Shown: positions 18,491-29,147, numbered from the stretch's first letter. The stretch: DNA of 64,000 nucleotides from Candidatus Marinacidobacterales bacterium (GCA_965226495.1 OZ245365.1:3808001-3872000); one strand, 5' to 3'. The notes: generated from the letters alone by a model not told the origin. Numbers and translations: made by a program.

Positions 18491-20989
18491 TCAGAAATCG
18501 AACCCGAACCTCATACCCGCCGACAGCGGCACACTGTCCGCGAACTCCCCGAAGAACGGACTACCGATATTACTGTAGACATCGCGGGGGTTGAAGTGAC
18601 TCGTCGTGTTGAAAACCTGAAAGCCGACGCGAAACGTCTTACGGTGAAAGGTGAGCTGCTTCATAACCCGAATGTCGAACGAAAAGAACGATGGAAACCG
18701 GCCGCCTCGGTTGCGCTCACCAACAACTCCATAGTCCGGCGTGAAAGTAGTGTATGGAAAACCAGAGCGCCACTCGAAACCTGGGGTCAGAAAAACATCA
18801 TGAGGCAGCTCGACGACACCCCATAGAAGAAACCGATGCGGCACGTCGAAGGGTTGCAAGGAAAACTCGTTGTCGAGCAGGACCGGGCTTCGTCGATCGC
18901 GGTAAAGTGTTTCGAAATTGTTCAGGTCCCCCGAAGTCCGAGACCTGACGTACGAGAGGAACAGTTGCCCGCCCGATGAAAGGTTCTTCCGCACCGTGAC
19001 GTCGAACTCCTTGGTGTTCGAGTTACCGTTTGACGACAGCAGGAGCATCGGACCCTCCGGGGCCTCCTCCAGACGATCGACGACCATCTCGTCGTTCCCG
19101 CGCCGCTCCTGATACTTGACCCTCACCAGCCAATCCTCGCCGAACTGGTGGTTGAGCTCCAGGTTCCAGGTTGTACTAACCGGAACATCCAAGTCCGGGT
19201 CGGTCACATTTCGGAACACCAATGGTGGACCGACCGGCTCTTCATCCAGCCCAAACTCCGTCTCGACCCGCGTCTGCAGGGACTCGAAGTCGCCAGCATG
19301 AAGAAAGACATGATCGAAGAACACGCCCCAACCCCCCTTGAGAATGGTGCGCCCTTCTTCCCACGGCGAATAGGCGACCGCGAACCGTGGTGCGAAGTGT
19401 TGGCTGCCGGTGATCCGGTTGTAGTCGTAACGCAGGCCCGCATCGATACCGAGTCTCGACGTGGGTCGCCATTGATCTTGAACGTAGCCTGCAACGACCC
19501 AATCCGATGCACCAACTTGGGGGCTCCCCGTGAAATCCGTGGTACGAAGCAAGTTCCCGTCGGTTCCCCGCGTCTCGATCACCCCGCTCCTATCGATTCC
19601 ACTGAACGACGCATATGAGATATTGCTACCGACCTTCAAGACGTGATGGCCGTGCCGGCTGGGAATGAAGTGGGTGCAGGAGTTCTTGAATTCGAACAGA
19701 AGGCTATCGCGATCGATCTCGTTGAAGTAGTTTTCGCGAAGTCCGTTCACGGTTAGAAGGGAGTCGCCCTCACCCTGTGGAGTGACCCTGACATCGTAGT
19801 TCTTGACGGCGAACAGGGTCTCCCACAAGGTGTTGGAGTTAGTCGCGGCTCGCTCCGCGATCGCCAAATTCCACCCCGAGGCGTGGAACTCGGGCGTGGC
19901 GGTTTCAGGCTGCAAGACGCTCAGTCCCCAGTTGTCGATCTCCACCGGGAAATAGGAAAACGTCGTAGTGAGAGAGTGGACGTCGTTGATCTTCCAATCG
20001 AATTGCGTGAAGCTATCAACATTCTCGACGATCTCCTCGTCCGAACCGACGACGTCTTCGCGCACCCGAGAGCGCACGAACCGGTACGCGACGCCCTGGG
20101 AAATCCAAGCCTTACCTTTGCGTAACGGACCACTCACTTGGACGCGCGGTGTCCAGGAGTTGATCCCTTGAATCTTCCCGTCCCGCCATCTGAGGCTGGG
20201 GAAAAGCGCGCCGAAATCGACATCCCACTCGTCACCTCCTGCCCGGGTCACCACGTTCGCGACTGCGGCGGTGACGCTTCCGAACTCGGCGGAATAAGGA
20301 ATCGTGTACACCTCGACGCTATCCACGGCCTTCAACGGAAGCTCGAAGGCAAACTCCCCGGTGAGCGGGTCGGTCGCGTTCGAGCCGTTCACCAGGAGCA
20401 TGCTTTGGGCGGAACGGGCACCGTTGAAGTTGAGGCGCCCCCGTCGCCCCCGGACCACCCCAGGAAGAAGGGGTAACGCCTCTTGGAATCGATCGGCGGG
20501 GAGAGGTAGTACCTCGAGAATGTTACTGCTGATTTCTTGCTCGGACACGGGACTCGTAACGTCATCTAACGGTGCCTCTTGTACGCGCACCTCTTCGGAA
20601 ACGGCCAGTCGAAGATTCATGGAGATCTGGATCGTCTCGCCAGACTTTAAGTTAACAGGCGAGTGGATGAACTCTTTGAAACCGGCCAATGCTGCAATGG
20701 GAGTGTAAATGGCAGGAGGGAGGTTCTTGAAAACGAACTCCCCTGATTCATCGGTCCTCGAGGCCCGAGGGGTGGGGGTACCCGATGAATAAAGCGCAAC
20801 CATCACTCCCGGCTGCGGAACACCGGTGGGGTCGTAGACGGTCCCCTCGATAATGCCCTCGGAGCATAGAGCGCTAGCCGAGAACGAGGAAAGAAAAACG
20901 AAAACCAATAGATGCCCCAAGTAAGAATGATGAGGGATGGTGTTTCGTAAGAGCGCGAGCAAGGATGACCTGGCCTCAATATCGACCAT
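18491..20989 (-). CDS. TonB-dependent receptor-like outer membrane protein with carboxypeptidase-regulatory-like N-domain
   Basis: IEGTVYDPTG, LPGVV, YSAEFG, YVQDQW, GLRYD, terminal Phe; start uncertain (20989 or 21085). Confidence 0.85.
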   Translation of the reverse strand: MVDIEARSSLLALLRNTIPHHSYLGHLLVFVFLSSFSASALCSEGIIEGTVYDPTGVPQPGVMVALYSSGTPTPRASRTDESGEFVFKNLPPAIYTPIAALAGFKEFIHSPVNLKSGETIQISMNLRLAVSEEVRVQEAPLDDVTSPVSEQEISSNILEVLPLPADRFQEALPLLPGVVRGRRGRLNFNGARSAQSMLLVNGSNATDPLTGEFAFELPLKAVDSVEVYTIPYSAEFGSVTAAVANVVTRAGGDEWDVDFGALFPSLRWRDGKIQGINSWTPRVQVSGPLRKGKAWISQGVAYRFVRSRVREDVVGSDEEIVENVDSFTQFDWKINDVHSLTTTFSYFPVEIDNWGLSVLQPETATPEFHASGWNLAIAERAATNSNTLWETLFAVKNYDVRVTPQGEGDSLLTVNGLRENYFNEIDRDSLLFEFKNSCTHFIPSRHGHHVLKVGSNISYASFSGIDRSGVIETRGTDGNLLRTTDFTGSPQVGASDWVVAGYVQDQWRPTSRLGIDAGLRYDYNRITGSQHFAPRFAVAYSPWEEGRTILKGGWGVFFDHVFLHAGDFESLQTRVETEFGLDEEPVGPPLVFRNVTDPDLDVPVSTTWNLELNHQFGEDWLVRVKYQERRGNDEMVVDRLEEAPEGPMLLLSSNGNSNTKEFDVTVRKNLSSGGQLFLSYVRSRTSGDLNNFETLYRDRRSPVLLDNEFSLQPFDVPHRFLLWGVVELPHDVFLTPGFEWRSGFPYTTFTPDYGVVGERNRGGRFPSFFSFDIRVMKQLTFHRKTFRVGFQVFNTTSHFNPRDVYSNIGSPFFGEFADSVPLSAGMRFGFDF

Positions 20990-21159
20990 GAGAGACTCGT
21001 CGATGCAGCCATGCGCGATGCCAGGCACGCCGGCGCCGCCAAGTCTATCACAGGCAAGTAGGGCCACTTCGCCCTGTTGGCTCATGCTCGCCTGGCGTTA
21101 GGTAGCGAAACCCTTCCCCCTTGCAAAGCCTCGCCTCCCAACGTAAGGTCCGATGCGCC

Positions 21160-22575
21160 ATGGAAAGCCCCAGCTGGCTTAGCCTGCTTCCCCCCTTGGT
21201 TGCCATCCTAGTCGCTATCTGGACCAAGCAAGTCTACCCTTCGATATTCGCAGGAATCTGGTTGGGATGGACCATCCTCGACGGCGGCAACCCCGTCGCG
21301 GGCCTCCGTGACGCCATTCAGGCGTGTATCGACGTCTTCAAAGATGAAGGCAACACCAAGGTCATCGCGTTCAGCGCTTCGGTGGGCGCACTCATCACGT
21401 TCACTCAACGCTCCGGGGGGGTCGCCGGCTTCATCCGTTGGGTCACCGAACGCGGCTACGTTCGCTCGGCCCGTGGAGCTCAGCTCCTTGCCGTTGCGCT
21501 CGGCTTCGGGATCTTCGTCGAATCCAGCATCACGTGTCTCGTTACCGGTTCCATCGCGCGCCCGCTCTTCGATCGCTACAAGCTGTCGCGCGAAAAACTC
21601 GCCTACGTCTGCGATTCGACCTCGGCGCCGATTTGCATTCTCATCCCCTTCAACGGGTGGGGAGCATACGTCATGGCGCTGCTTGCCGCACAAAGTGTCG
21701 AAAACCCCATTTCGGTTCTGATTGCTGCGATCCCTCTGAACTTCTATTCCATTCTTGCGGTGTCTTACGTGCTGTATATCGCCGCATCGGGCCGGGACTG
21801 GGGTCCCATGGCACGGGCGGAGAAGCGAGCACTTGATGAAGGCAAAGTGATTCGGGATGGCGCCGAGCCGCTGGTGTCTACCGATGTCTTGAACCTCCCT
21901 CCCAAACCAGGACTGACTCCGCGCGCCCGTAACATGCTCGTCCCACTCGGAGTCATGGTGGCGATGATGCCGATCGGCCTCTGGATCACTGGGGACGGCA
22001 ACCTGATGTCCGGCAGTGGTTCAACGTCAGTGCTGTGGGCGGTGCTGGCGGCGATCGCCGTTGCCGGCGGGATGTACTTGCGTCAACAGATTTTCACGTT
22101 CGCCGAGTTGATGGACCTGCTCTTCAAAGGCATCGGCGGGCTCATGCCACTGGCGCTTCTCATGATGTTCGCGTTCGCCATCGGCGCCACCTGCCTGGAA
22201 CTACAGACCGGAGTCTATGCGGCCGGGTTAGCCGAAGGCATCCTCAGCGCTGCCCTCGTCCCGATCACTCTCTTTGTACTTTCGGGATTCATCGCCTTCT
22301 CGACCGGGACTTCATGGGGAACGTTCGCCATCATGTTGCCCATCGGTATTCCCATGGTCGAGCTCCTTGGCGCCCACCTTCCGTTGACCGTCGCTGCGGT
22401 TCTGGCAGGGGGCGTTTTCGGAGATCACTGCTCGCCGATCTCGGATACGACCATCATTAGCTCTATGGCTGCCGGCTCGGATCATATCGATCATGTGAGA
22501 ACACAGTTCCCCTACGCCGTCCTCATGGCGATTCCTAGCGCGCTGCTGTTTCTCTTGTTCGGGTTCTTTCTTTAG
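21160..22575 (+). CDS. Na+/H+ antiporter NhaC family transporter
   Basis: WLSLLPP, SREKLAYVCDSTSAP, FSTGTSWGTF, GDHCSPISDTT, DHVRTQ. Confidence 0.9.
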   Translation: MESPSWLSLLPPLVAILVAIWTKQVYPSIFAGIWLGWTILDGGNPVAGLRDAIQACIDVFKDEGNTKVIAFSASVGALITFTQRSGGVAGFIRWVTERGYVRSARGAQLLAVALGFGIFVESSITCLVTGSIARPLFDRYKLSREKLAYVCDSTSAPICILIPFNGWGAYVMALLAAQSVENPISVLIAAIPLNFYSILAVSYVLYIAASGRDWGPMARAEKRALDEGKVIRDGAEPLVSTDVLNLPPKPGLTPRARNMLVPLGVMVAMMPIGLWITGDGNLMSGSGSTSVLWAVLAAIAVAGGMYLRQQIFTFAELMDLLFKGIGGLMPLALLMMFAFAIGATCLELQTGVYAAGLAEGILSAALVPITLFVLSGFIAFSTGTSWGTFAIMLPIGIPMVELLGAHLPLTVAAVLAGGVFGDHCSPISDTTIISSMAAGSDHIDHVRTQFPYAVLMAIPSALLFLLFGFFL

Positions 22576-22606
22576 GGAGGGACGCCAAAACAGTGAGTTG
22601 CCATAA

Positions 22607-23911
22607 TCAAGGTGGCCAGGCGTCCGTCAGGCGATCACTGATCACCTCTCCGCCCTTTACGACGAAATCCACGCGCTCGAGAAGCGTGACATCGGAGAGC
22701 GGATCTCCCTCCACCGCGATGAAATCGGCAAAGCGACCCGGTTCGATCACTCCGACATCATCGGTCCAACCCAAGAGCTCCGCGGCGTGGATCGTGGCAG
22801 CCCGGATCGCCTCGAGTGGTGACATGCCGTACTCGACCATGTACGCGAACTGTTTGGCGTTGTCCCCATGAGGATAAACCGCCGCGTCGGTTCCGAAGGC
22901 AATCCGTACACCGGCCTCGTGGAGGCGGCGGAAGTTCTCCCGCTGCGCCTGTCCGACCTCCTTCTCTTTTCGGATTGACTCGGGAAGTATTCCTGTCTCG
23001 GCACCTTGCTCCAAGATGAAGGTGTCGACGTAGATGTCCATGACCATCACCGTCCCTTTTTCCTTCGCCAGGCGGATCCCTTCGTCGTCGATGAGGCTGG
23101 CGTGCTCGACGGAGTCGACGCCGGCCCGAATCGCGGTCTTGATTCCGTCCGCGCTATGGGCATGGGCCGCCACCTTGCGGCCCAGCGTGTGAGCTTCGTC
23201 GACCAGAGCTTCCATCTCCTCTGACGTATACTGTCGAGACGAGATCGTCGTTCCTTTCGAGAGCACCCCCCCGGTCGCGCAGAACTTCACGAGATCCGCC
23301 CCGTACTTGGCGACCTCACGAACCTTGGCGCGCACCTCCCAAGGTCCGTCGGCAACCCCTTCGGCGGTGTAGGCGAACTCGGGAGGCAGCAAATTGGAGT
23401 CGCAGTGCCCGCCTGTAATACCCAACGCAGGACCGGAAACGGACATACGGGGCCCCAGGATCTCACCGTCCTCGATGGCATCTCTAAGAGCGACGTCGGC
23501 GTATCCGGGTCCCCCGACGTTGCGCACGGTGGTGAAACCCGCGTCGAGCGTTTTCCGCGCGTTCACGACTCCATGGATCGCTTGCCTCGATACGGAAAGA
23601 GCCAGCTTGCGGTAGCCCTGGTACCGATGGTCACTCGTCAAATGGACGTGCAGGTCGATGAGACCGGGTAGAACCGTCGCCCCGCCCAGGTCGACCACCC
23701 TCGCACCATGGGGAACCGCTAGCTCGTCCCACGGCCCGACCTGTTCGATCCGGTCTCCACGGATCAGAATCGCCTGATTCGAAAGCGTGTCACCGGAACG
23801 AACGTCGACGAGTCGCCCGGCTCGCACGTAAACGGTTCCCTCGTCCGCAGTCAAAGCGGCGGTGGGTAGGAACGTTGACGAGAAAACCAAGAGGGCTAGC
23901 AGCCTTTGCAT
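22607..23911 (-). CDS. Secreted amidohydrolase (Xaa-Pro dipeptidase-like)
   Basis: Signal peptide; PGLIDLHVH, GFTTVR, AAHAH, VEH, FGTDA. Confidence 0.88.
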   Translation of the reverse strand: MQRLLALLVFSSTFLPTAALTADEGTVYVRAGRLVDVRSGDTLSNQAILIRGDRIEQVGPWDELAVPHGARVVDLGGATVLPGLIDLHVHLTSDHRYQGYRKLALSVSRQAIHGVVNARKTLDAGFTTVRNVGGPGYADVALRDAIEDGEILGPRMSVSGPALGITGGHCDSNLLPPEFAYTAEGVADGPWEVRAKVREVAKYGADLVKFCATGGVLSKGTTISSRQYTSEEMEALVDEAHTLGRKVAAHAHSADGIKTAIRAGVDSVEHASLIDDEGIRLAKEKGTVMVMDIYVDTFILEQGAETGILPESIRKEKEVGQAQRENFRRLHEAGVRIAFGTDAAVYPHGDNAKQFAYMVEYGMSPLEAIRAATIHAAELLGWTDDVGVIEPGRFADFIAVEGDPLSDVTLLERVDFVVKGGEVISDRLTDAWPP

Positions 23912-24104
23912 GACGGCCTCCCAAAAACGGATATGGATGAGGTGCGCGGCCATTGTAGCATGTGAACTGGACGGATCAGGCTAGCCCATGAAAAAATAGC
24001 CGGCCGATGGAGATCACATGAAACGTCGAGCCACAGGAGGATGCATGAACACCCTTCTCAAGAGAAAACGACGAGCAGGGTAAGAGCTAACCTCATGTCG
24101 AAGG

Positions 24105-24960
24105 CTATTGCTCTCGAATCTCTTCCAGGCGCTCCAATATTCGACGGTTCCCCGGGAAATCGACCAGCAAGGCCTCGAGCGTCTCTTGTGCTGCGTCTCT
24201 TTCACCGGCCGCTTGTAAAGCATCCACTAAGAGTAGTCCCGAGCGGTAAACGAGGCGTCGATCGTCCTCGGAAATCGTGATTCCGTCGAGCGCCGCAAGA
24301 GCCGCGGTCGCGTTTTGGCGGTCTTCCAGCCAGGACTCGGCCGCCAGGAGTTGTACCGAAGGACTGTCTGGAAAGCGTCGGGCCATCTCTTCGAACAGCC
24401 CTGCCGCTTCGTCCGAACGCCCTTGCCTTCTTTCGAGCTGCGCTTGATGATAGATTCCTGCGAGCAAAAGCCGGCCCACATCTTCGGGGTCCCCGGAGCG
24501 AACACCTACTCCACCAGCGTAGGAGTACACTAGTTCTCCTCCGTGCTCGCTCGCCTCATAAAGACAGAAAGAGTCCGCCCAGGCCGACCAGCGCGCTCGC
24601 GATATGAAGCGGTCATGATCGTCCCCGCTTCCTCAGAATCAGAGCGAGAAGTTCGAGGGCACCAACACGAGGACGAAGACGTTCCGGGTTCGTTCACCCC
24701 ATTCTTCGTGCTCCTTGACCATATCTCGCGCCCCGGGCACCCGTTCCGCCGGTCCGTGGGCATCTTCATCCGATTGGACCGCGATCACGACCGCCCCACT
24801 GCCCAGCAACAGCAGCGTCAGCGCGGCGGGACCGGTGAACGCCGCCCGCCCCGTCAAAGAAATCAACCTGAAGACGACACCCACCACTGCGATGGCGAAA
24901 TGCTAGGAGGGCGATGGCGAAATGGACGACCGCGGGGTGGTAGTAAGCCAGAGACGGCAA
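24105..24960 (-). pseudogene. DUF2231-like membrane protein with C-terminal TPR, frameshifted
   Basis: HPAVVHFAIALL, AHGPAERVPG...EH, HGGELVYSYAGGVG lie in different frames; duplicated 14-mer at 24889-24924. Confidence 0.75.
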
Positions 24961-24964
24961 GTCG

Positions 24965-25432
24965 CTAGTCGCTCAGCTGAGAGTGGAGAAGGGAGAACAT
25001 CTCTCCCACTTTGTTACGAACCTGAGGGTTTGCCCTGGCCAGGTCGGTAACGATCTCGTCCCGCCGCGCGGAGATATCTCTAAGAGCCTGGAGCTTGCTT
25101 TCGGGAAGCGATGGACTCGCTTCCAAATACGTGGCTAAGCCGTCGAAAAAGGGAGTCACCTTGTCGGCGGCTATCCCAAAGTTGTTGTCGTTGACGTCGA
25201 TGAAAATCTGCCCGAGTTTTCCCAAGAGCTCGGCCAATCCAAGTTCTAGTTGCGCATGCTGGAGAGCCGCTTGGGTTTTTTGCGTCTCGGCCTCGGCAGC
25301 GTCCACCGCTGACTCCAACGCGCTCGCAGCTTGGCGAGCGGGAAGATAGGCGGTCAGATATCCACCACCGAAAGCGACCACAATGGCAACTAAGGCGATC
25401 ATAGTCCACTTGCTGCTCGACATGCTCGACAT
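24965..25432 (-). CDS. Hypothetical protein with N-terminal TM anchor and coiled coil
   Basis: Strong GGAGGAGG RBS; hydrophobic stretch then Ala/Gln-rich helix; NNFGIA. Confidence 0.7.
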   Translation of the reverse strand: MSSMSSSKWTMIALVAIVVAFGGGYLTAYLPARQAASALESAVDAAEAETQKTQAALQHAQLELGLAELLGKLGQIFIDVNDNNFGIAADKVTPFFDGLATYLEASPSLPESKLQALRDISARRDEIVTDLARANPQVRNKVGEMFSLLHSQLSD

Positions 25433-25537
25433 GCTCGACACCTCCTCCCTCGACGACGGTGACCTGACGATCTCGAATCCGGAATCATAACATGTGGTAA
25501 AGCCTTTGCTATAATCCTCTTCCGTCGGAGGTACACA

Positions 25538-26146
25538 TTGGCTCTCGGTTCTCATTTCAAGCGCAGCCTGTTTGCAGGCTTGGTCGTCGTCGTACCGCTG
25601 TTGGTTACCGGTTTCGTTCTGGTTTGGCTGGCGCGGCTCATCGAAGGCCTGATGGCCCCGGTGCTATCTTGGGCCCTCGGTCGCCCGGTTCCCGGGCTCG
25701 GTTTCGTTGCCGCTTTGGCGGTAGTCACGGTCGTGGGCATCGTTGCGACGACAGTGGTAGGCGGCAAGATTCTGGCGCGGGGCGAAGACTTCCTTACGCG
25801 GATTCCTCTTTTCAAGGACATCTACGTACCGGTCAAACAATTGATCGGTGCCTTCTCCCCGGCGAACGAATCCGGCTTCAAGAAGGTCGTGTTGGTGCCC
25901 CACCCGCAGGGAGGAGGCCTCCGGTTAGGCTTTCTGACCCGCGAGTTCGAGATGAAAGATGCGGACGGCCAAGCCGTTAGTTGGGCCGCGGTCTACGTTC
26001 CTACCAACCACTTGTACCTGGGTGATGTGTACTGTTTTCCGAGGGAGTCTCTGGGCGACCCGGTGCTAACGGTGGAACAAGGTGTACGAATCGTCCTTAC
26101 CGGCGGGACGTCCTTCCCACCTAGGGTAGACCTCGAACCGAAGTAG
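25538..26146 (+). CDS. DUF502 family membrane protein
   Basis: AGLVVVVPL, RIPLFKDIY...KQL, LGFLT, VYVP. Confidence 0.85.
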   Translation: MALGSHFKRSLFAGLVVVVPLLVTGFVLVWLARLIEGLMAPVLSWALGRPVPGLGFVAALAVVTVVGIVATTVVGGKILARGEDFLTRIPLFKDIYVPVKQLIGAFSPANESGFKKVVLVPHPQGGGLRLGFLTREFEMKDADGQAVSWAAVYVPTNHLYLGDVYCFPRESLGDPVLTVEQGVRIVLTGGTSFPPRVDLEPK

Positions 26147-26996
26147 GGATAACGCGCTTTCGGTGTGAGGTCGTCAGGCGAAACAAAATAAAGGTAAGGT
26201 CATCGGGTTTCGAAGGGGCCCTACCGCTACCTTCACTCATACGAGAACGCCCCCGCTCCGCCAGCGCCTTCATAGCGGTGGCCAGCGATCCCTTCCGCAT
26301 AAAGCCGACGATCTCTTCGCTCTTCAGGTTATCTACCAGCCCATCACTGGTGATCAGGAGAGTATCTCGAGCCGCAAGCTCGAGCGCGGAGCCGACGTCG
26401 ATCCGCATGTCCTCGCCCCCCACGATGTTGGAGACGATGTGGCGATCCTCGTGGTGAAGAGCCTCTTTCTCGTTGAGGAAGCCTCCCTCTAAGCCGTAAC
26501 CTACCGGCGAGTGGGAAATACTCTGCAACTTGATCTTCCCGCGCTGTCCGACGGCAAGAATCGGCGAGTCACCTACGTGATAGGGTCTGATCTTCTTACC
26601 TTGAACCTCCACCACCGCCAACGTCGTCCCGGCACCCACTCCCAGGCCGAGCACGGCGCGGTTGGCCGCTTCGAACCCATCTAGGATGGCGCCTCTCAAG
26701 TTTCCCCTCTTCCCGAGACCGCTCTCGACCGCATTTGTCAGGGCCCTCACCGCAAGGCTCGACGCTTCCATCCCGGCGCGCGCCCCGCCCAAGCCGTCGG
26801 CGACCGCGAGTACACAAGCGTCGCCACCACACGGAATGAGCACCGCTGCGTCTTCGTTGGGCGTTTCCTTTCCTGGACAACGCGACGAATAGACGGCGGC
26901 CGCGCCCGACCCCATTCCGAGCAACACCCCCTGGGCCATGTCCTCATTGGCGAAGACCTTGGTTCGAACCTCCGAGAGGAGCTCCTTTACTTCCAT
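26121..26996 (-). CDS. PP2C-family protein phosphatase
   Basis: NEDA, VADGLGG, GTT, HVGDS, SDGLVDN, DDLT. Confidence 0.9.
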   Translation of the reverse strand: MEVKELLSEVRTKVFANEDMAQGVLLGMGSGAAAVYSSRCPGKETPNEDAAVLIPCGGDACVLAVADGLGGARAGMEASSLAVRALTNAVESGLGKRGNLRGAILDGFEAANRAVLGLGVGAGTTLAVVEVQGKKIRPYHVGDSPILAVGQRGKIKLQSISHSPVGYGLEGGFLNEKEALHHEDRHIVSNIVGGEDMRIDVGSALELAARDTLLITSDGLVDNLKSEEIVGFMRKGSLATAMKALAERGRSRMSEGSGRAPSKPDDLTFILFRLTTSHRKRVIPTSVRGLP

Positions 26997-27727
26997 TGCA
27001 TCATCTCGAGGTGCTGGCGGAGGTGCGAGGTGGTCGGGAAACGCTCGAGGATCAGCGAGCGTTTCAACCCGCAGCAGATGTCTTTGACTTCATCGGGTTG
27101 GTTCTTGTAGCGCTCCGCCCCCCCGGTCGCGTCATAGAAGATACGAACCAGGTCACATATGTCGTCTTGGATGTTTTCCCTCTTGGGCGTCGTCCAATGG
27201 AACATGTCCAGCAGTTTCAAGTCGAAACGCAGTCCGAAGCGGCCGACGATGATGTTCTCGGGGTGAAGATCCCCGTGGTACTCGCGGAGGCTATGGACAG
27301 CCTCGATCCCCACCACCAAAGCGTGTAGGAGGTGCACTGCCTGAAAGGGATTGATGCGTTTGCCCGGTTGCCGCTTGAGGAACTCGCTGAGAAGGATACC
27401 CTCCACGTATTCCGAGACAAGTACAATGATCGCAGTGCCGCGGAATTGGATGGTTTCCTCGGCGTAGTACTGAATGACGATGGGGCAATGGCGAAGCTTG
27501 TGAAGTTTCCGGGCGTAGAAGTTAGAGGTCTTGTTACGAATGTTCCGCTGCGGGAAAAACAGTTTGGCGGCACGTTCGATGCCGGTGCTTTTTTCTCGGA
27601 TCTTATAGACCTCGCCCTCCCATCCGGCACCGAGCAACGAAATCACTTCGTACTTGCGCGCGATGACGCGTCCCGGTGACAGATCGAACGAGTCTACGCT
27701 TGCGGCTCTCTTCCCGTTCTTTGGCAC
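26987..27727 (-). CDS. Minimal atypical protein kinase
   Basis: GAGWEGEVY, AAKLF, SEYVEG, HGDLHPEN, DMF; overlaps PP2C start by 10 nt. Confidence 0.8.
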   Translation of the reverse strand: MPKNGKRAASVDSFDLSPGRVIARKYEVISLLGAGWEGEVYKIREKSTGIERAAKLFFPQRNIRNKTSNFYARKLHKLRHCPIVIQYYAEETIQFRGTAIIVLVSEYVEGILLSEFLKRQPGKRINPFQAVHLLHALVVGIEAVHSLREYHGDLHPENIIVGRFGLRFDLKLLDMFHWTTPKRENIQDDICDLVRIFYDATGGAERYKNQPDEVKDICCGLKRSLILERFPTTSHLRQHLEMMQWK

Positions 27728-27949
27728 GTTTCGGTCGGTTCTTGTGTGTTTGAAGGCTATTGTACCGCACCACGCGCTTTACTGACTAGAGACCCCGCCA
27801 GCGTTTCGCCATGGTTTTGTTTCGCGGAGCCTATGGCTTATGATGGCGAGGCCAGCTTTCAGGATTTGGCTGGAGATGAAGCCCGGCGCGATCGACCGGC
27901 GGGACTCCCTGCCCGCGCCTACCCATTGTGAGAGCGGAGAAGACTTCGA

Positions 27950-28892
27950 ATGAGCAAGAATTTGGCCCCGCCTTGCCTCTGGTTTTGATCGGGGCACTCA
28001 TCGCACTTCCTGCAGTAACCGCCGGCACAGCCTGTAAAGAAAGTACAGAACGTACGGAAAGTCGAACTGCTCAATCGGGCCAAGGCGCCATACAGGCCCA
28101 GCTGCAACAGACTGGCGACTCCACCGCCGATTTCTACCGGCAAGTACTAAACGAGATCGTCAGCGCCGAGCTTCTTCACCAGCCTGCGCTGCGCGTGGCT
28201 ATCTCCCGCCGAAAGAGGAGGTGGACGGTCAGATCGCGCAGTTTCGTACTCGTTTCCCGAATCCGGGAGAGTTCGAAACGGCGCTGGGTGCACAGGGAAT
28301 GACCGCCGAGGGCTTCGCACACATGCTCGCTCTGGAGGCAGGTATGAAGAAACTTGTTGAGGCGGAGATTCTAGCCTCGATCAAGATAAGCGAGACCGCG
28401 AAATAGGAGTTTTACAGCGAAAACACCGACAAGATGAAGTCGCCGGAACAACTTCGTTTGAGTCACATTCTAGTGAAGGCCTCACCGGGTGACCCTGCCA
28501 CTGGCCGCGAAGTGGCGCGAAAGAAAACGGAAGACCTGAAGGCCCGTCTCGATGCCGGGGAGGACTTCGCTTCCTTGGCGGGCCAGAATTCCGACGATCC
28601 GGGGTCGAAAGCAAACGGCGGCGAGCTACCCTGGGTCTCGCGGGGAGACACCGTCCCCGCTTTCGAGCAAGCTGCGTTTGCCCTTAGTCCGGGAGAAACG
28701 AGCGAAATCGTCGAGACTCCGTTCGGATACCACATCATCAAGCTCGCCGAGCGCAAGCCCAGCCAGGCCTTGCCTTACGACGATGTGGTGGGTCGCATCG
28801 AGGAGTTCCTGACGCAGCAGGCCGTCCAAGAGCAGATCAAGAATCGAGTCGAGGTTCTGAAGTCCGAAGCTCAGGTCGAGATTTTTATCTAG
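27950..28892 (+). pseudogene. PpiC/PrsA-type parvulin foldase, disrupted
   Basis: SHILV, GEDFASLA...SDDPGS...GGEL, FEQAAFAL, ETPFGYHII intact; in-frame TAG 28404-28406 and frameshift near 28190 upstream. Confidence 0.8.
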
Positions 28893-28899
28893 TCATCGA

Positions 28900-28980
28900 T
28901 GAATGGCGCGGGGCCCCACCCCCACGCCTCATGCTTCGTCGACTGCGCGACTGCGCATGGGCTCAAGGCTGTGTTCACGC
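28900..28980 (-). repeat. Structured intergenic repeat, copy C (3' half only)
   Basis: Reverse complement reads gcgtgaacacagcc...catgcgcagtcg...cgacgaagcatgaggcgtgggggtggggccccgcgcc. Confidence 0.9.
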
Positions 28981-29147
28981 ACTTGGCGTCTAGTCACGGG
29001 CACTGCTGGAGCTTGGTTTTCTTCGTGTTGACACTCGGCAGGGACTGAGACACAATTTCGCGACGCTATCCTTTCCTTCGTTTTCGAGCCGCGTTCGTGA
29101 CTCCGTTGACAGATTGAAAGGCCCCGGTTTCCACACAAGAAGGACGC

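Noticed and set aside
25415-25441. 9-nt repeat encoding SSM-SSM-SS at a gene start
   Set aside because: Under three units and in frame; only makes the start ambiguous
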